Under the pieces are notes generated by a model that was not told the DNA's origin, made no database searches, and saw only the letters and a list, made by a program, of their open reading frames with translations. A stretch of 63,663 nucleotides of DNA, filler included, from Salisapilia sapeloensis CBS 127946 (Eukaryota > Protista > Oomycota): the NCBI GenBank assembly GCA_023334545.1. It is 5 parts of 5 records of this genome, joined end to end, with 100 filler letters (N's around TTAATTAATTAA, not from the genome) between each part and the next. Parts side by side here need not be neighbours in the genome. Positions count along the whole stretch, not along the records: positions 1 to 16,232 come from JAADVB010000355.1; 4 more parts are not named here. One strand, 5' to 3'. How positions within the stretch are numbered: position 1 is the stretch's first letter; each line of letters begins with the position of its first letter. This document shows, in pieces, positions 1-11,500 of this stretch. Made by a program: the position numbers and the translations under genes.

Positions 1-708
1 ACTGTTAGCCGTTAAATTATCACGTTTGGCAGTTTTTGATTGATCATTTTCTTCACTACAGAAAACCTCTGTTTAAAAACGGATATAAAATCGGTCAATT
101 TTGATCATTTATTGCATCATATCATTTGTTGGGGGTGCATCGTTGGGAGGGTAGACTGTACTTCGATGAGCTATTTCGAACGAACGCAGTATCAAATGTG
201 TCTTGCAAAGATGCGACTTTATCCTAATCTGTCAAAAGTCGCGCATGGTACGACGAGGTCACACGTCTCATTGCCTTCTAGCCAGCTAGCACAAAATTAG
301 ATTCTTCATTGAACGCATGATCGCATTGAAACGACCCTTGCCATTTTGTTCTTCTCTGTTTAATCCTACAAACGATCGCATGTTTTACGGATATAATTAG
401 AGACCCGTCCATTCTTTGAGCTTTAGTAGACGCATCCATTTCGTCCTATCTCACACAGGAACTGAGATGGTCGACGGTTTTGCTATGAAGGACGCAATAG
501 TCAGTATATAAATATACTTGTGAGAAAAGTGATAAAGAATGTTATTGTAGCAATGCTTGAGTATTTCAAGCGAAAAGCAGCCAACTGAGACTGTGATGTA
601 TATGCATGACTTCCTGCCTGCTAAAATACCTGCCACAACAGAGCTCATTCCTCAATTACCTTCCAGCTACACAAGCAACTGACTACTTCGTCTACGATAC
701 TACTTAAG

Positions 709-2253
709 ATGCGCATTAATTCCGCCATCGCTTCCGTTCCAATCACCCTGGCTATCACTAGTCAATTCCTTTCCTCAGCCTTTGCCAATATTGAAGATAT
801 TGATGACTGCACTCTTTTCATGACTGAAGATGAAGAAGATACAGGAGTCACGGCTGTATATGACCGACTGTGTACTCAGGGCTCTGATGACCTTGGGTGC
901 TTTGAAGGTAGCTGTCGCCGTTGTCTCTTCATTGATTTAGCGGAAGATCAGCCAGATTACTACAAGTGTGAGGACATCTTCAGCCGACAGGATCAAGAAT
1001 GCAGCATAAATGTATCGCCGAACGATAAAGAGGTTGGCATATCAGCTCAATTCGATGAAGGATGTGGTGAGTTTGGAGGCATTGGATGCTTCCCACCTCA
1101 AAACAACACCAACTGCCGCTTCTGTGCCACAGAGCTGACACGTCAAAGCCAGCACCTCTTTTTCTGCGATGACGTCGAGTTCAACATGACGAATAGCACA
1201 TCAAGTCGATGGCAAGGGGATGAGCAAGCAATCTGTCCCGATCTTTTGTCGGAGGGTGACCGAAACAATGGCATCTTCTCCTACTTTGACGAAGAGTGCT
1301 TGCTTAAAGGAGGATTAGGATGCGCCGAGTCGATGGCAAGTGCCGGATGCCGTTTTTGCAAGACGGAGGAAACCAAGGAGAGTAAGCATCTATACTCATG
1401 TAACCGCCAGACGCAATCCAATTCCACTGGCATCCCCGAAGACGCGTGTGGAGCTCAAGTGTCCTTGTACGGTAAAAGTGTCGGTGTCTCGGCAAAGATC
1501 GACGAGACTTGCTTCAGTGAAATGAATGTCGGCTGCTTTGAGGGAGCTGGTAACGGCACGAATGGAAGCCTCACTTGCCGCTATTGCCAATATAAAGACA
1601 CACACCAGAGCTCCCACTTGGAACCTTGCAGTGAAATAAGCAACTATGACACATACTGCACAGACAGTGTTGGCGAAGGTGAGAGGAGTCTGGGCGTCAA
1701 CGCGTACCTCGACTTGAGCTGCGAAGACGGCGGATCAGGATGTTTTGCTAATGGAAACTGCCGCTACTGCCGTGATGGAATGGAGAACGAAGTTAACAGT
1801 CATTTGCCAGAGTGTCCGACGGAGTGCATGCAGTACGTTGAAAACTACGACGTAAAAGGAGTGTTGTATGCGATCGACGAGCAATGCTTGGAGGACGATG
1901 GAAGCAATAACCTTGGTTGCCAAGCAGGAACGTCGTGCCGTTTGTGTAAATGGTGGATGACTCGAGATGCTGATCTGCCTTACTGCTACGATTTGGAAGG
2001 ACTTGAGGAACCAACTAGTCAATCATTCGATGTCGACGTGGCCAATACAGCCACTGGTGACGTTGGCAATCAGGACAGCAGCACCAGTGGTGTAATGTAC
2101 TGGACACTTGGCGCTGTATTTGTCGTCGCCCTTGTCGTTGCTGTCGCTACAATCGTGAAGCTCATGAAAAAGCGGTCGGAACCGGAGATCATGACACCAC
2201 AAGAATCCTGCTTTGCAACGAAGCTCGACACAAACGGCATCGCTCGCATTTAG
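709..2253 (+). CDS. Secreted/type I membrane protein with six Cys-rich repeats (oomycete-type 'D..C..GC..CR[FY]C..HL..C' unit)
   Basis: Single 514-aa ATG ORF. Hydrophobic N-terminal signal (MRINSAIASVPITLAITSQFLSSAFA), six ~55-70-aa Cys repeats, C-terminal TM helix (VMYWTLGAVFVVALVVAVATIV) followed by a basic KLMKKR stop-transfer. Confidence 0.85.
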   Translation: MRINSAIASVPITLAITSQFLSSAFANIEDIDDCTLFMTEDEEDTGVTAVYDRLCTQGSDDLGCFEGSCRRCLFIDLAEDQPDYYKCEDIFSRQDQECSINVSPNDKEVGISAQFDEGCGEFGGIGCFPPQNNTNCRFCATELTRQSQHLFFCDDVEFNMTNSTSSRWQGDEQAICPDLLSEGDRNNGIFSYFDEECLLKGGLGCAESMASAGCRFCKTEETKESKHLYSCNRQTQSNSTGIPEDACGAQVSLYGKSVGVSAKIDETCFSEMNVGCFEGAGNGTNGSLTCRYCQYKDTHQSSHLEPCSEISNYDTYCTDSVGEGERSLGVNAYLDLSCEDGGSGCFANGNCRYCRDGMENEVNSHLPECPTECMQYVENYDVKGVLYAIDEQCLEDDGSNNLGCQAGTSCRLCKWWMTRDADLPYCYDLEGLEEPTSQSFDVDVANTATGDVGNQDSSTSGVMYWTLGAVFVVALVVAVATIVKLMKKRSEPEIMTPQESCFATKLDTNGIARI

Positions 2254-2680
2254 ACCGTACTATCCCAAACATGACAATTGGAGTTGCAAATTACTTTGTT
2301 TATACTTGCTATCTGATTGAGGAGAGTGCGCGCTAAGCACGCTTACACGTAAGAGTTCGCTGGCACTCTGATTGGTATAGTTGTTTCTAATCGCACATCT
2401 AATGGCACCAATTAGAGGCTATTCGGGTGGTAAAGCATGAAGGTATATTTGAAAGGTTCTTAATGATGACTTGCATACCACGGTAATTTTACCTCCAGCT
2501 AAATCCACTAGTACAAAATACAGACTAGACTAGTGGACTATAGCTTGTCAGTTAAGTGTCCCTCATCAACTAAATCGATATATACTACACGAAGGATGGA
2601 AAACTCATGATTTCATTTGTACTTTAAGCTCTTGAAGCGTATTATTGCTCGTAAGGTATGACATACAGCATGTCTTCATG

Positions 2681-3523
2681 CTAATCCATGTCCAGGTCCG
2701 ATACAATATCTTTCCAATCTTCAGCCTCCTGCATCCGTTCCTTGAGAGCTTGAGAGAGCATGTCGATTGAATTTGCAGCAAGTGGCAAACGAACAGGAAG
2801 CTTAAGACCTTCGCAACGGCCAGTTTTAGTCAATATCTCAACAAGAACTTTTGCACCTTTCACTGGATCTCCCAAAGTACTAGAAGACTTTCTTCCGAGC
2901 TGTGAAAGACGCTCTTGGGTGGAGGGTGAATATCCATAAACAGTAGTAGTAGCAAGCATAACACGAGTGCCAAAGTTTGTGGCAAGCATGCCAAGGTCTA
3001 CTGTCGTCACTTCATTTCCAAGCGGCTCTACTTCGACTTTAAGACCCTGCATCACAGCTGTGATGGCTGCCTTGGAAGAGAAGTAGATTGAAATGCAAGA
3101 AAGTCCGACTATGGAGCCAACGGAACCGATAGTGCATATCACGCCAGACTTTTGTTCGCGCATATACGGTAGCACAACTCGCGTCAGAGCAATTATCCCA
3201 ATGACATTTGTCGTATACTGAGTGATTATATCTTCACAACTGTGCTCTTCCAGTAACCCAAGATGAGTGTATCCAGCGTTGTTCACGAGGTAGTCAATCC
3301 TACCAGTCTCTTTGATGACGCTGGCGACAGATTTTCTCAAAACCTTTTTAGGGGAGTTTACGTCGAGCTCCAATGCCGTAGCTCCTTGCTTCTTGAGCTC
3401 ATCAAGCGTCGAGCCGTTTCGAGCCGTTGCAACAACCTTGTCACCATGGGCGAGAGCAGCACGAGCAATTTCCTTGCCGAGACTCGAAGAACATCCAGTG
3501 ATGAGCCATACTTTCGGAAGCAT
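2681..3523 (-). CDS. Short-chain dehydrogenase/reductase (classical SDR), intronless
   Basis: From ATG 3523: VWLITGCSSSLG (Rossmann motif, second Gly is Ser), LVNNAG, catalytic YFSSK (YxxxK). The track's extra 101 N-terminal residues come from a non-ATG start. Confidence 0.85.
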   Translation of the reverse strand: MLPKVWLITGCSSSLGKEIARAALAHGDKVVATARNGSTLDELKKQGATALELDVNSPKKVLRKSVASVIKETGRIDYLVNNAGYTHLGLLEEHSCEDIITQYTTNVIGIIALTRVVLPYMREQKSGVICTIGSVGSIVGLSCISIYFSSKAAITAVMQGLKVEVEPLGNEVTTVDLGMLATNFGTRVMLATTTVYGYSPSTQERLSQLGRKSSSTLGDPVKGAKVLVEILTKTGRCEGLKLPVRLPLAANSIDMLSQALKERMQEAEDWKDIVSDLDMD

Positions 3524-4759
3524 ATTTCTTGGTAGTTGAGACTTGTAAGACTTGCGTCTAAGATGATAAATTCCAGAATAAAAAGAGTTTATGAAAATGG
3601 GAAGAAATGTTCGCCTCAATGAATTTGTATGGTTGACATCATCACAATCCTCTGGAGCATTAATGCATGCTATTGAGTAGTGGATGGTGGTTTGTCTGCG
3701 CATCGGACTGACTAAGGCTCGAATGGTCTGCTCCAAGTTTCCACGTTCTGCATAATCCTCACGTTTAATTGATCTACATTTGCATATACGAATTTCCGAC
3801 AATTGACGCATAATCGAAGTGGTCACCGGTGAGTGATGGTGGACCAGCTAATTAGATGTGTGTGCTTGATAGAGAATGCACTAAGAGCTAAAGGTACCAG
3901 ATGAACGGTTCATGATTGATACAGAAGATGCGAATGAAGTTCTGCTAGTGTTTGCCACAAAACTAATATTGCAATTAATTACGTTATAGAACGCTCGTTG
4001 CGCTTATAGCAGAGTACTTCCATAACAGCGGTAGAGGAGCAGCTACATGGACGTGATCTAAAACACCAGAAAACTGTTGCTTTCATGAGGGAAGCTAGGA
4101 ACGCGTTCATGAACAATATGGATCCTTTCGAAGCGACTATGGCGGATTTCGAGTGAAGATTTTTGTCACGAGGAGTTTGCTTAAGCCCAAAAGCTGTCCA
4201 ATTAAGCATCTTCTAAAGCCTCCTCTTGTTAAATGTTGTTTTAATGCAGGCATTTGGTCTATTAGTTAATAAACATATATCTAACTTTTATTTGGTTATA
4301 TCTATTATTTGCTTTCTTTGTTATAGCACGCACAGCCTTCAGAGAGAGATCTTCATAATAACTTATATGAAACAATTATTTAATGTCCTTCAGTAATTTA
4401 TGCTGGCCATAGGTGCTTACCGAGGCAAAATCTCAAAGAAAGCTACACTCTCCGGCCATACTATGATAGCGTTTTCTGAGTTCCAACGTAAATCTCCAAG
4501 CCTCTGTACTGCCTGCACATGAACATATCGAGCATCCGCAGTGAAGCACAACCAAAAGAATCAAATTCGAAAAGATAGACACGAAATTTGCGCTTAAAGG
4601 TGCGTCTATCTCATCCGAAATCACAACCACCTCTTCCACTGTGTACAACAGTGCAAGTAAAGCACTTGACCACCTTTCCATTAAACATACGCTGTACAGG
4701 CTACAATTTCATGAGCCTTCCTGTATACCTTTTCAACGGCAGAGTTACTACGTTTTACC

Positions 4760-4951
4760 ATGAACGAAGCAATCGACAACCATTTTAACTTCGCAGAGTA
4801 CGCAAGTCTAGAATCTCAGGCACATCACGATGACCAACCAACAGACACTTCCAAAATGAACACGTATGAGAAGTATCTCCATCTGGACAACACCAACGTC
4901 CTTTACAACTATCGATCCTACGATTACACGGACGTCATGTGTGGGATCTAG
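4760..4951 (+). CDS. Candidate 63-aa small protein, function unknown
   Basis: ATG-to-TAG ORF rich in C-ending codons (AAC, CAC, TAC, GAC) in otherwise AT-rich intergenic DNA. No recognisable domain. Confidence 0.35.
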   Translation: MNEAIDNHFNFAEYASLESQAHHDDQPTDTSKMNTYEKYLHLDNTNVLYNYRSYDYTDVMCGI

Positions 4952-5188
4952 TAACGTACCATGATTCATACCACTCGCGAGTACTCGATCTCGTATCATT
5001 TTCATGTTCATGACAACATATCTGCCTGTACTTCAACTTGCATTAAGATCATTTATATAAGCAAACGAACAAGTACCAGCATCTATTCAAAGTACAAGGC
5101 AAAAACTGCATCGACTTGTCTCCATTACTCGAAACGTTGACATCCTCCACGCCATCTTGAGCTTTCCAAATAGTATCTTAGTCCCATC

Positions 5189-6804
5189 TTACGATTTATC
5201 CGTTTGCGTATTCCGCATGTCTGAGTCCGTGGACAATCTCGAGAATCGAGAGAACGCAGAGTCTCTTGAACTGAACGACGCAGAGTCCAGCATTGCATAG
5301 CTGTCATTTGTATCGCGCATACCGTCATCCATTGCGTCCATCCAATGAGAGTTCCCATTGTCATTATTCGCTTCCGATGCTCGCTGTCCATGCGACAACG
5401 CAGACGACCTGTCATTCATACTAGACCCTTCCTGGTCGTCCATGCCCTGGACGTACGAGTTCATGAATGGCCGTTCGGACGCAAAGGAATCGCTATACGA
5501 GTTCTTGCCATACGACGCGAACGATTCACTGTACGAGTTCTTGCCGTACGAAGCGAAGGACTCACTATACGAGTTCTTGCCATAAGATTCGGCAAACGAA
5601 GGCTTGGACGACACGAATGACGAGTCCGCGTGCTCCTGGAACTCGGACATTGGGCCTTGATCCATCGTCGACTCCGCCATGTACGAGTGCTCGGTCTCGG
5701 CCGCAGCTGCTTCAAAGCCTGGGGAAGGACTTTGCTGAGACGCCTTAGGCGATTCATGGAAAGACGAGACACGGGATTGACGAGGTGAGTCAGGTGCAGA
5801 CGCATTGGACTGTCCGCTCTGTCGCTGGGTCGTTGCAGGCACGACACCGCCGTCGTCGTACGAGAACTTGTCGGCGGATGGTTGGTTCATCATGGCGATG
5901 GACGAAACGGATTGCTCTTGTATCTCTGCCATGGAAGACGATCGCCGTCCTTCTTCCATCGTCTGGAAGTTGTTATGCGGCGTCGTCTGGTTCTGCTCTT
6001 CCTCTAGAATCGTCACTTCAGGAGAGTTGGACGGGTAGTCGATACTATCCTGCTGCTCTTTGCTTGGATTCATGACATTAAATTGCGTCTGCTCTTGCTG
6101 CTGACGAGTACGCATGAAAAAGTAGGCGGCAGCACCGATTAAAGCGACACCGGCAATACATCCGATGATGATGCCGGCAATGGCACCACCACCAAGGCCA
6201 CCAGATTCCTCCTCCTCACCGTTCGTGGTGGTCGAAACGTCCTCTGACTTTTCACCTTCCTTATCCTTACTTTCATTTTTGTCCTTTGACGAAGTGGCCA
6301 ACTTATCAGAGATATTGGTGTCACTCGCAACGCTCGAAAAGTCTGTCATGGATGATGCTGAGCCGGAGCTACTAGAAGGCGTCTGACCGTCTCCTGAGGC
6401 TGGTGCGTCCGAAGGAGGCTGTCCGTCTCCTGACGGAGCTTGGCCATCTCCCGAAGGGGCCTGACCGTCACCTGAAGGAGCTTGTCCGTCTGGTGGAGCT
6501 TGGCCATCTCCCTGCGGAGGCTGTCCGTCTTGTGGAGGCTGACCGTCTCCTTGTGGCGGCTGTCCATCTGCAGGTGGAGCAGGCGTGTCTCCTGGTGGAG
6601 GCGTGTTCCCCTGTGCAAGAGCCTGCTCCTGAGCTTCTTGCGCGGCCACGGCGGCAGGAACGTCCTGTGCATGCACTACTGCATGTATGAATTAGCAATC
6701 GAGATGACTGGCGTGCAGTAACCTAGAAATATTCTACCGGAGAGGGAGTTGGTGGAGCATGCCACGGCAATTGCAGCAGCGTAATAGAGTGTATGCAGTC
6801 TCAT
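5189..6804 (-). CDS. Mucin-like single-pass membrane protein (signal peptide, GDGQ(A/P)P repeats, TM, long Ser-rich cytoplasmic tail); 2 exons
   Basis: Exon 1 6804-6738 encodes MRLHTLYYAAAIAVACSTNSLS. Intron 6737-6679 (GTAGAA...CTAAT...ATGCAG) joins in frame to VVHAQDVP. TM: GAIAGIIIGCIAGVALIGAAAYFFM. Confidence 0.85.
5481..5592 (-). repeat. Three ~36-nt coding tandem repeats (SYGKNSYSESFA)
   Basis: Unit containing tacgagttcttgcc occurs three times at 36-nt period inside the CDS. Confidence 0.85.
6383..6612 (-). repeat. Coding 18-21-nt tandem repeats (GDGQPPQ/GDGQAPS)
   Basis: About ten degenerate units visible in both DNA and protein. Confidence 0.85.
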
Positions 6805-7417
6805 GACCTATCTCGAAAGTGTCTGCTAGTGCCAGAGCGAACGCAAGAGTGTCGTCTATACGCTCAAGTACTTGTAAAGAGTCGGATATCAGTTGGTCCG
6901 GTCGTAACCCGACAAGGTTTCTATAGAATAAAGTATACTTTTTGTCGTTGGATTGTGAAAAGATGGAACCGAGTTCGTACCACCATGAGATGTTGGCATT
7001 GATCGAATGGACGCAATCGACATGATTCGAAAGATATATACTCTTGTACATGACATGCATGAAGATGAGGTGAAGGAGTAGGAGTAGGAAATGCATGCAC
7101 ACCGAAGGGATTGATTGTAAAGATGAGATCATTGTCTTGACGAAAGGGAAGTAATGATAGAAAAAAGTGTGGGTTGTGGGGTTGATGTTGTCTTTCCTCC
7201 TACAGCTTCTTTCCTTCCAGGTGGATGCGACGAGTTGAGCCCGCGTGAGTACTTGTCAATTGATCACTACTGTTCTTGCGTTAGTGCGCTCGAGTACGTC
7301 CAGATACATTCCAAGACTTCTGTACCATGCTCGCGACGTTACAAGATGCAATACACTAAATTTCCGTATATACATTTAAATAGTAAATTTAGCCTCGATA
7401 CACAAACGCATAACAAA

Positions 7418-8511
7418 ATGGCCATGCAGCCGCAGAGACACCTCGAGCGGCTCCAGCGCGGTGAGATACTTGACATCACGTCCATCCTAGCTCTATGTGA
7501 ACGCGTCAAGGATATCCTCGTGGAAGAATCCAATGTTGTGTCTGTATCTTCACCCGTTACAGTTTGCGGCGACCTCCATGGTCAGTTCCACGATCTACTC
7601 GAACTCTTTCGCCTCGGAGGCGATGCTCCAGACACATCTTATATATTCCTCGGAGACTTTGTCGATCGTGGCGCCATGAGCGTCGAAGTCATCTCTCTCC
7701 TATGCGTTTTAAAAGTCTGCTACCCCGAACGAGTAACTCTCCTTCGAGGCAATCATGAATCCAGACAAACTACCACAGTGTACGGTTTCCAAATGGAGTG
7801 CATGAAGAAATACGATGGCGACGCTCGTGTCTACAAGGCATTCACGGAAGTATTTGACTTTCTACCGCTCGGAGCTCTCGTCGACAACAGTCTCCTCTGT
7901 CTCCACGGCGGATTGAGCCCTGCAATCCACCACATCGATCAACTACGTCTACTCGATCGCTTCATGGAAATCCCACCGGACGGTGCTTTCGCCGGTACAT
8001 CTCTCCTTTCATATACAAAAATATAGATACTCATACATATACAGACATCGTTTGGTCCGATCCGGATCCAAAGCAACTAGGCTTCCACATGGTACAACCT
8101 GCTACTCTACTTCTCTAGTCTCCATCTAAGTCTTCCTAGTCTCCACGTGGTGCAGGATACATCTTCGGCTCCGACGTAGTTGAAAAGTTTCTCCACGTGA
8201 ACAAACTATCGCACATGAGTCGCGCACATCAACTGTGTATGGAAGGCTACCAAGTGCTCTTCCGAGACGCTTTCTCCACCGTTTGGTCCGCCCCCAACTA
8301 CTGCCACCGATTCGGGAACTTGGCCTCCATCATGGCCGTAGACGACCATCTCCAAGTACATAATTCATTACATCTACCCACTACTTCTACTAACACCAAG
8401 CTCTAGCGTGATTATAAAGTGTTTAAAGAAGCTTCGTCATCTAAATTCGTCGGTGTCGTCGACAACAAGTCAACTTCCACCGACGTCATTGACGCCGGGT
8501 ACTTTACCTAA
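7418..8511 (+). CDS. PP2A-like (PP4/PP6/Ppg1 group) Ser/Thr protein phosphatase catalytic subunit; 4 exons
   Basis: GDLHGQ, GDFVDRG, RGNHE, HGGLSP, D-IVWSDP and SPRGAG (across introns), SAPNYC. Three short GT-AG introns give the C-terminus DAGYFT*. Confidence 0.9.
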
Positions 8512-8530
8512 GAAAAAGAAAGAAAATGTA

Positions 8531-11500
8531 TTACCGTCTCGCTCGCTTCCGTTCTCGTCTCGCCTTAGCACGTTTCTTATGCTCTTGTCGCGCGACTTCA
8601 TACTCGTTCATCAATTCCTCCTCACTCTTACTCTTCACTTGCATCATCTTCTCTTGCACAAATGTCCAAATGACTTGCGAATCGACATAGACGAGCGAGT
8701 CTGGATGATTATATGTCTGTGCATTCTCGACCATCAACGCAATATCTTGCTCAAATGCTTCATGACTAGAGTACTTATGACGATCCACTCGACTCTTAAT
8801 CGTCAGTAAATCCATCGGATCTTGGATAATACGATAATAATCCGGATACAATTGCGCCGACGGTTTTTCCATATACAATTCACATCGAGCTCGACCATCC
8901 TCATCCTGGAGCTTGACAATGCCGTCATAAATCTTCCGATAAAAGTAGTTGAGCATCTTCTCTCGTTTATCCTCACTCTTGCGTTTCTTCCCAACCTCCT
9001 CGCCTTCACACATACGCAGGAAATCCGCTTCACTCTGCTCTTTATACGACACAGGCTTCTTGACACGTCCCTTAGCTTCTTGCGTGATATCCAAGACAGA
9101 CGAATCCGTCCGCTCTTGCATCCGTGCATTCGCTTCTCGTAGCCACTCCGGAGCATCCAACTCGGTCATCAACCTCGGCTCCTCCCCACGCTCATCATCC
9201 ATACGTTGGTACAACGCGAGCTCTTCGTCTGTCAAGGCCATCATGTGGTTAATCTCTTCATCCACTTGCACTTTGTCTGTATCCTCCTCCTTCTCTTCCT
9301 CATCATTCTTTAATAAACTCTCGAGCATCGCACGACGCTCCTCTTCCTTACTCTTGTTATTAAACTTTCCTGCTTCCACGACCAAGTTATTCATCGTCAT
9401 CTTGTCCGTCGCACGCGCGAGGATCTTTTCTTCAACCGGTGAGTTCGACACAAGACGAAAGACACGCACTTCGTTCTTCTGGCCGATACGATGCGCACGA
9501 TCCTGGGCTTGCGCGTCCATCGCAGGGTTCCAATCGCTATCAAAGATGATGACCGTGTCGGCCGTTGCTAAATTCAGGCCGAGACCTCCTGCACGAGTGC
9601 TTAGGAGAAAAATAAAGTACGGACTATCCGGTGCGTTGAATTGGAACATCCGCTGCTCGCGTTCATCGGCACTCGTGCTTCCGTCTAGTCGCAAGTGCCG
9701 AAAGCCACGATAGCGAAAGTAATCTTCCAAAACATGCATGAGCTGTGTCATTTGGCTGAACAAGAGGACGCGATGTCCCGCGCGTTGGAGCTTCGGCAGC
9801 ATACGATCGAGTAGCTCGAACTTGCCACTGGATCGGACCATGTCAAAGTTGAGCAAATAGCCTTGTTCCATGAACAAGTACGGATGGTTACAGACTTTAC
9901 GGAGCTGCATGAGGACGTTCGAGAGACCTCGAGACGTGTACTTAGTCTTGGTCTTCCCACTCTCATCGGTCGAATCAAGCAGTAGCGCACCATCCTTCTG
10001 GATGCGACGATACAGGATCTTTTGCCAGCCACTGAGTTCGCACTTGAGAACCTTCTCGACCTTGTCTGGTAGTTGGTTGAGCACAGACGTCTTGAGTCGA
10101 CGGAGAAGGAACGGACGAAGCACTTGATGTAGTCGATTGATGATTAGCATGCGTTCTTCATCAGACAAAGCGTCCGATTCGCCAGAGCCACCGAATTGCG
10201 CGAATGGTTGGCTAAACCACTGTTCGAACGAGTCGACGCTTTCAAAGATTGTAGGTAGGAGGAAGTTTAATAGAGACCAGAGCTCTGGGAGAGAGTTCTG
10301 GAGAGGGGTACCGGTGAGTAGGAGACGGTTGCGACTACGGTAGACGCTTCCTAACGTCGTTGCAAACTTACTCTGCGCATTCTTCATTCGATGACCTTCA
10401 TCCACGACAATGTACTGCCAGTCAAACTTACGCAGCACATGCTTGTCTTTCATAATGTACTCGTACGTCGTTAAGAGGACGTTGAACTGCGTCGATGCCA
10501 TCTCAGACTTTTGAAGTTCCTTCCGGACGTGAGGAGGACCCTTGTACGTCACTAAGACAAGGTCTGGTGCCCACTTGGCAAACTCATTCGACCAATTCGA
10601 CAGCGTTGACAGTGGTACGACCACGAGAAAAGGGCCGTGGTTGTGCTTTACCTCAGCAACGTACGTTAGCAGTGCAATCGTTTGGATGGTCTTGCCTAGT
10701 CCCATCTCGTCTGCCAAAATGCCGTTGAGATGGTTGTCGTAGAGAGATACCATCCACTGCAGTCCTCGTAACTGATACTCCTTCAAGTCTCCTCCGACAA
10801 GCATCCGAGGCTGTCGAGGCAGCTCACCTTCAGCCGCCACAGAGAGTAGATTCAAATCATCTTCCACTTCTTGTGCGTTGGAGAACGTGTCTGCATCAAC
10901 AACGTGATGCTTGCGTTTATGTTCACTAACGAGTGCACGAATCCGATCCAAGTACTCGTTTGTTTGAGATAATAGAAACGTCAGACGTTCGTTCTTGGCT
11001 TCCGCAACGAGCTGCGAATACGCTTCCATGTCGTTCATCTTCAATGCCTTCAGACGTAGTTTTTCCTGCTTATCCTCCTCTCGTTCGATCCTCTGTAGTT
11101 TCTGCTCGACATGGGTCTTTGCACTACGAGCTGATCGAGATACGAGTGCCTTTGCGTTCTTCTGGAAGATGAAAAAGTCACGAGCATGGTTCATGACAGC
11201 CTTGAGATACATTTGCCGTTCCGCACGCTGTTGCTTTTGCTTCGTAATCACCGATTGCGTCGCTTGGCGCTCTTGCTCTTGCAGTTCCGTTCGTGTCTGT
11301 GGCCGATGACGACGAAAGTGACGACGATCGACGCTCAGAGGCTCTCCAAGCATTGTCAAGCGCCGTGTCTGAACCTTCGAAAGCTGACTACGCAGACGCT
11401 GCTGTAACAGAGCGCATCTCAAGTCTCGCAGCGTCTCCAGTTCGTCCGTCGACAGCTCCGACTCGCGACTTTCAAGCGCCGAGAGACTACTTGTCAAGAA

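Noticed and set aside
213-242. Isolated short inverted repeats (GCGACTTT/AAAGTCGC here; similar near 2505-2540 and 58890-58915)
   Set aside because: Single 8-9-bp stems with no TSD, tail or ncRNA boxes. Expected by chance in 64 kb.
5481-6612. Tandem repeats as a CRISPR-like array (also 27350-27665)
   Set aside because: Periods are multiples of 3, there are no unique spacers, and they lie inside eukaryotic CDSs as peptide repeats.
6734-7132. 132-aa - strand ORF as the start of the mucin gene
   Set aside because: The real signal exon is in another frame (6804-6738) and splices in frame. This ORF has no coherent features.
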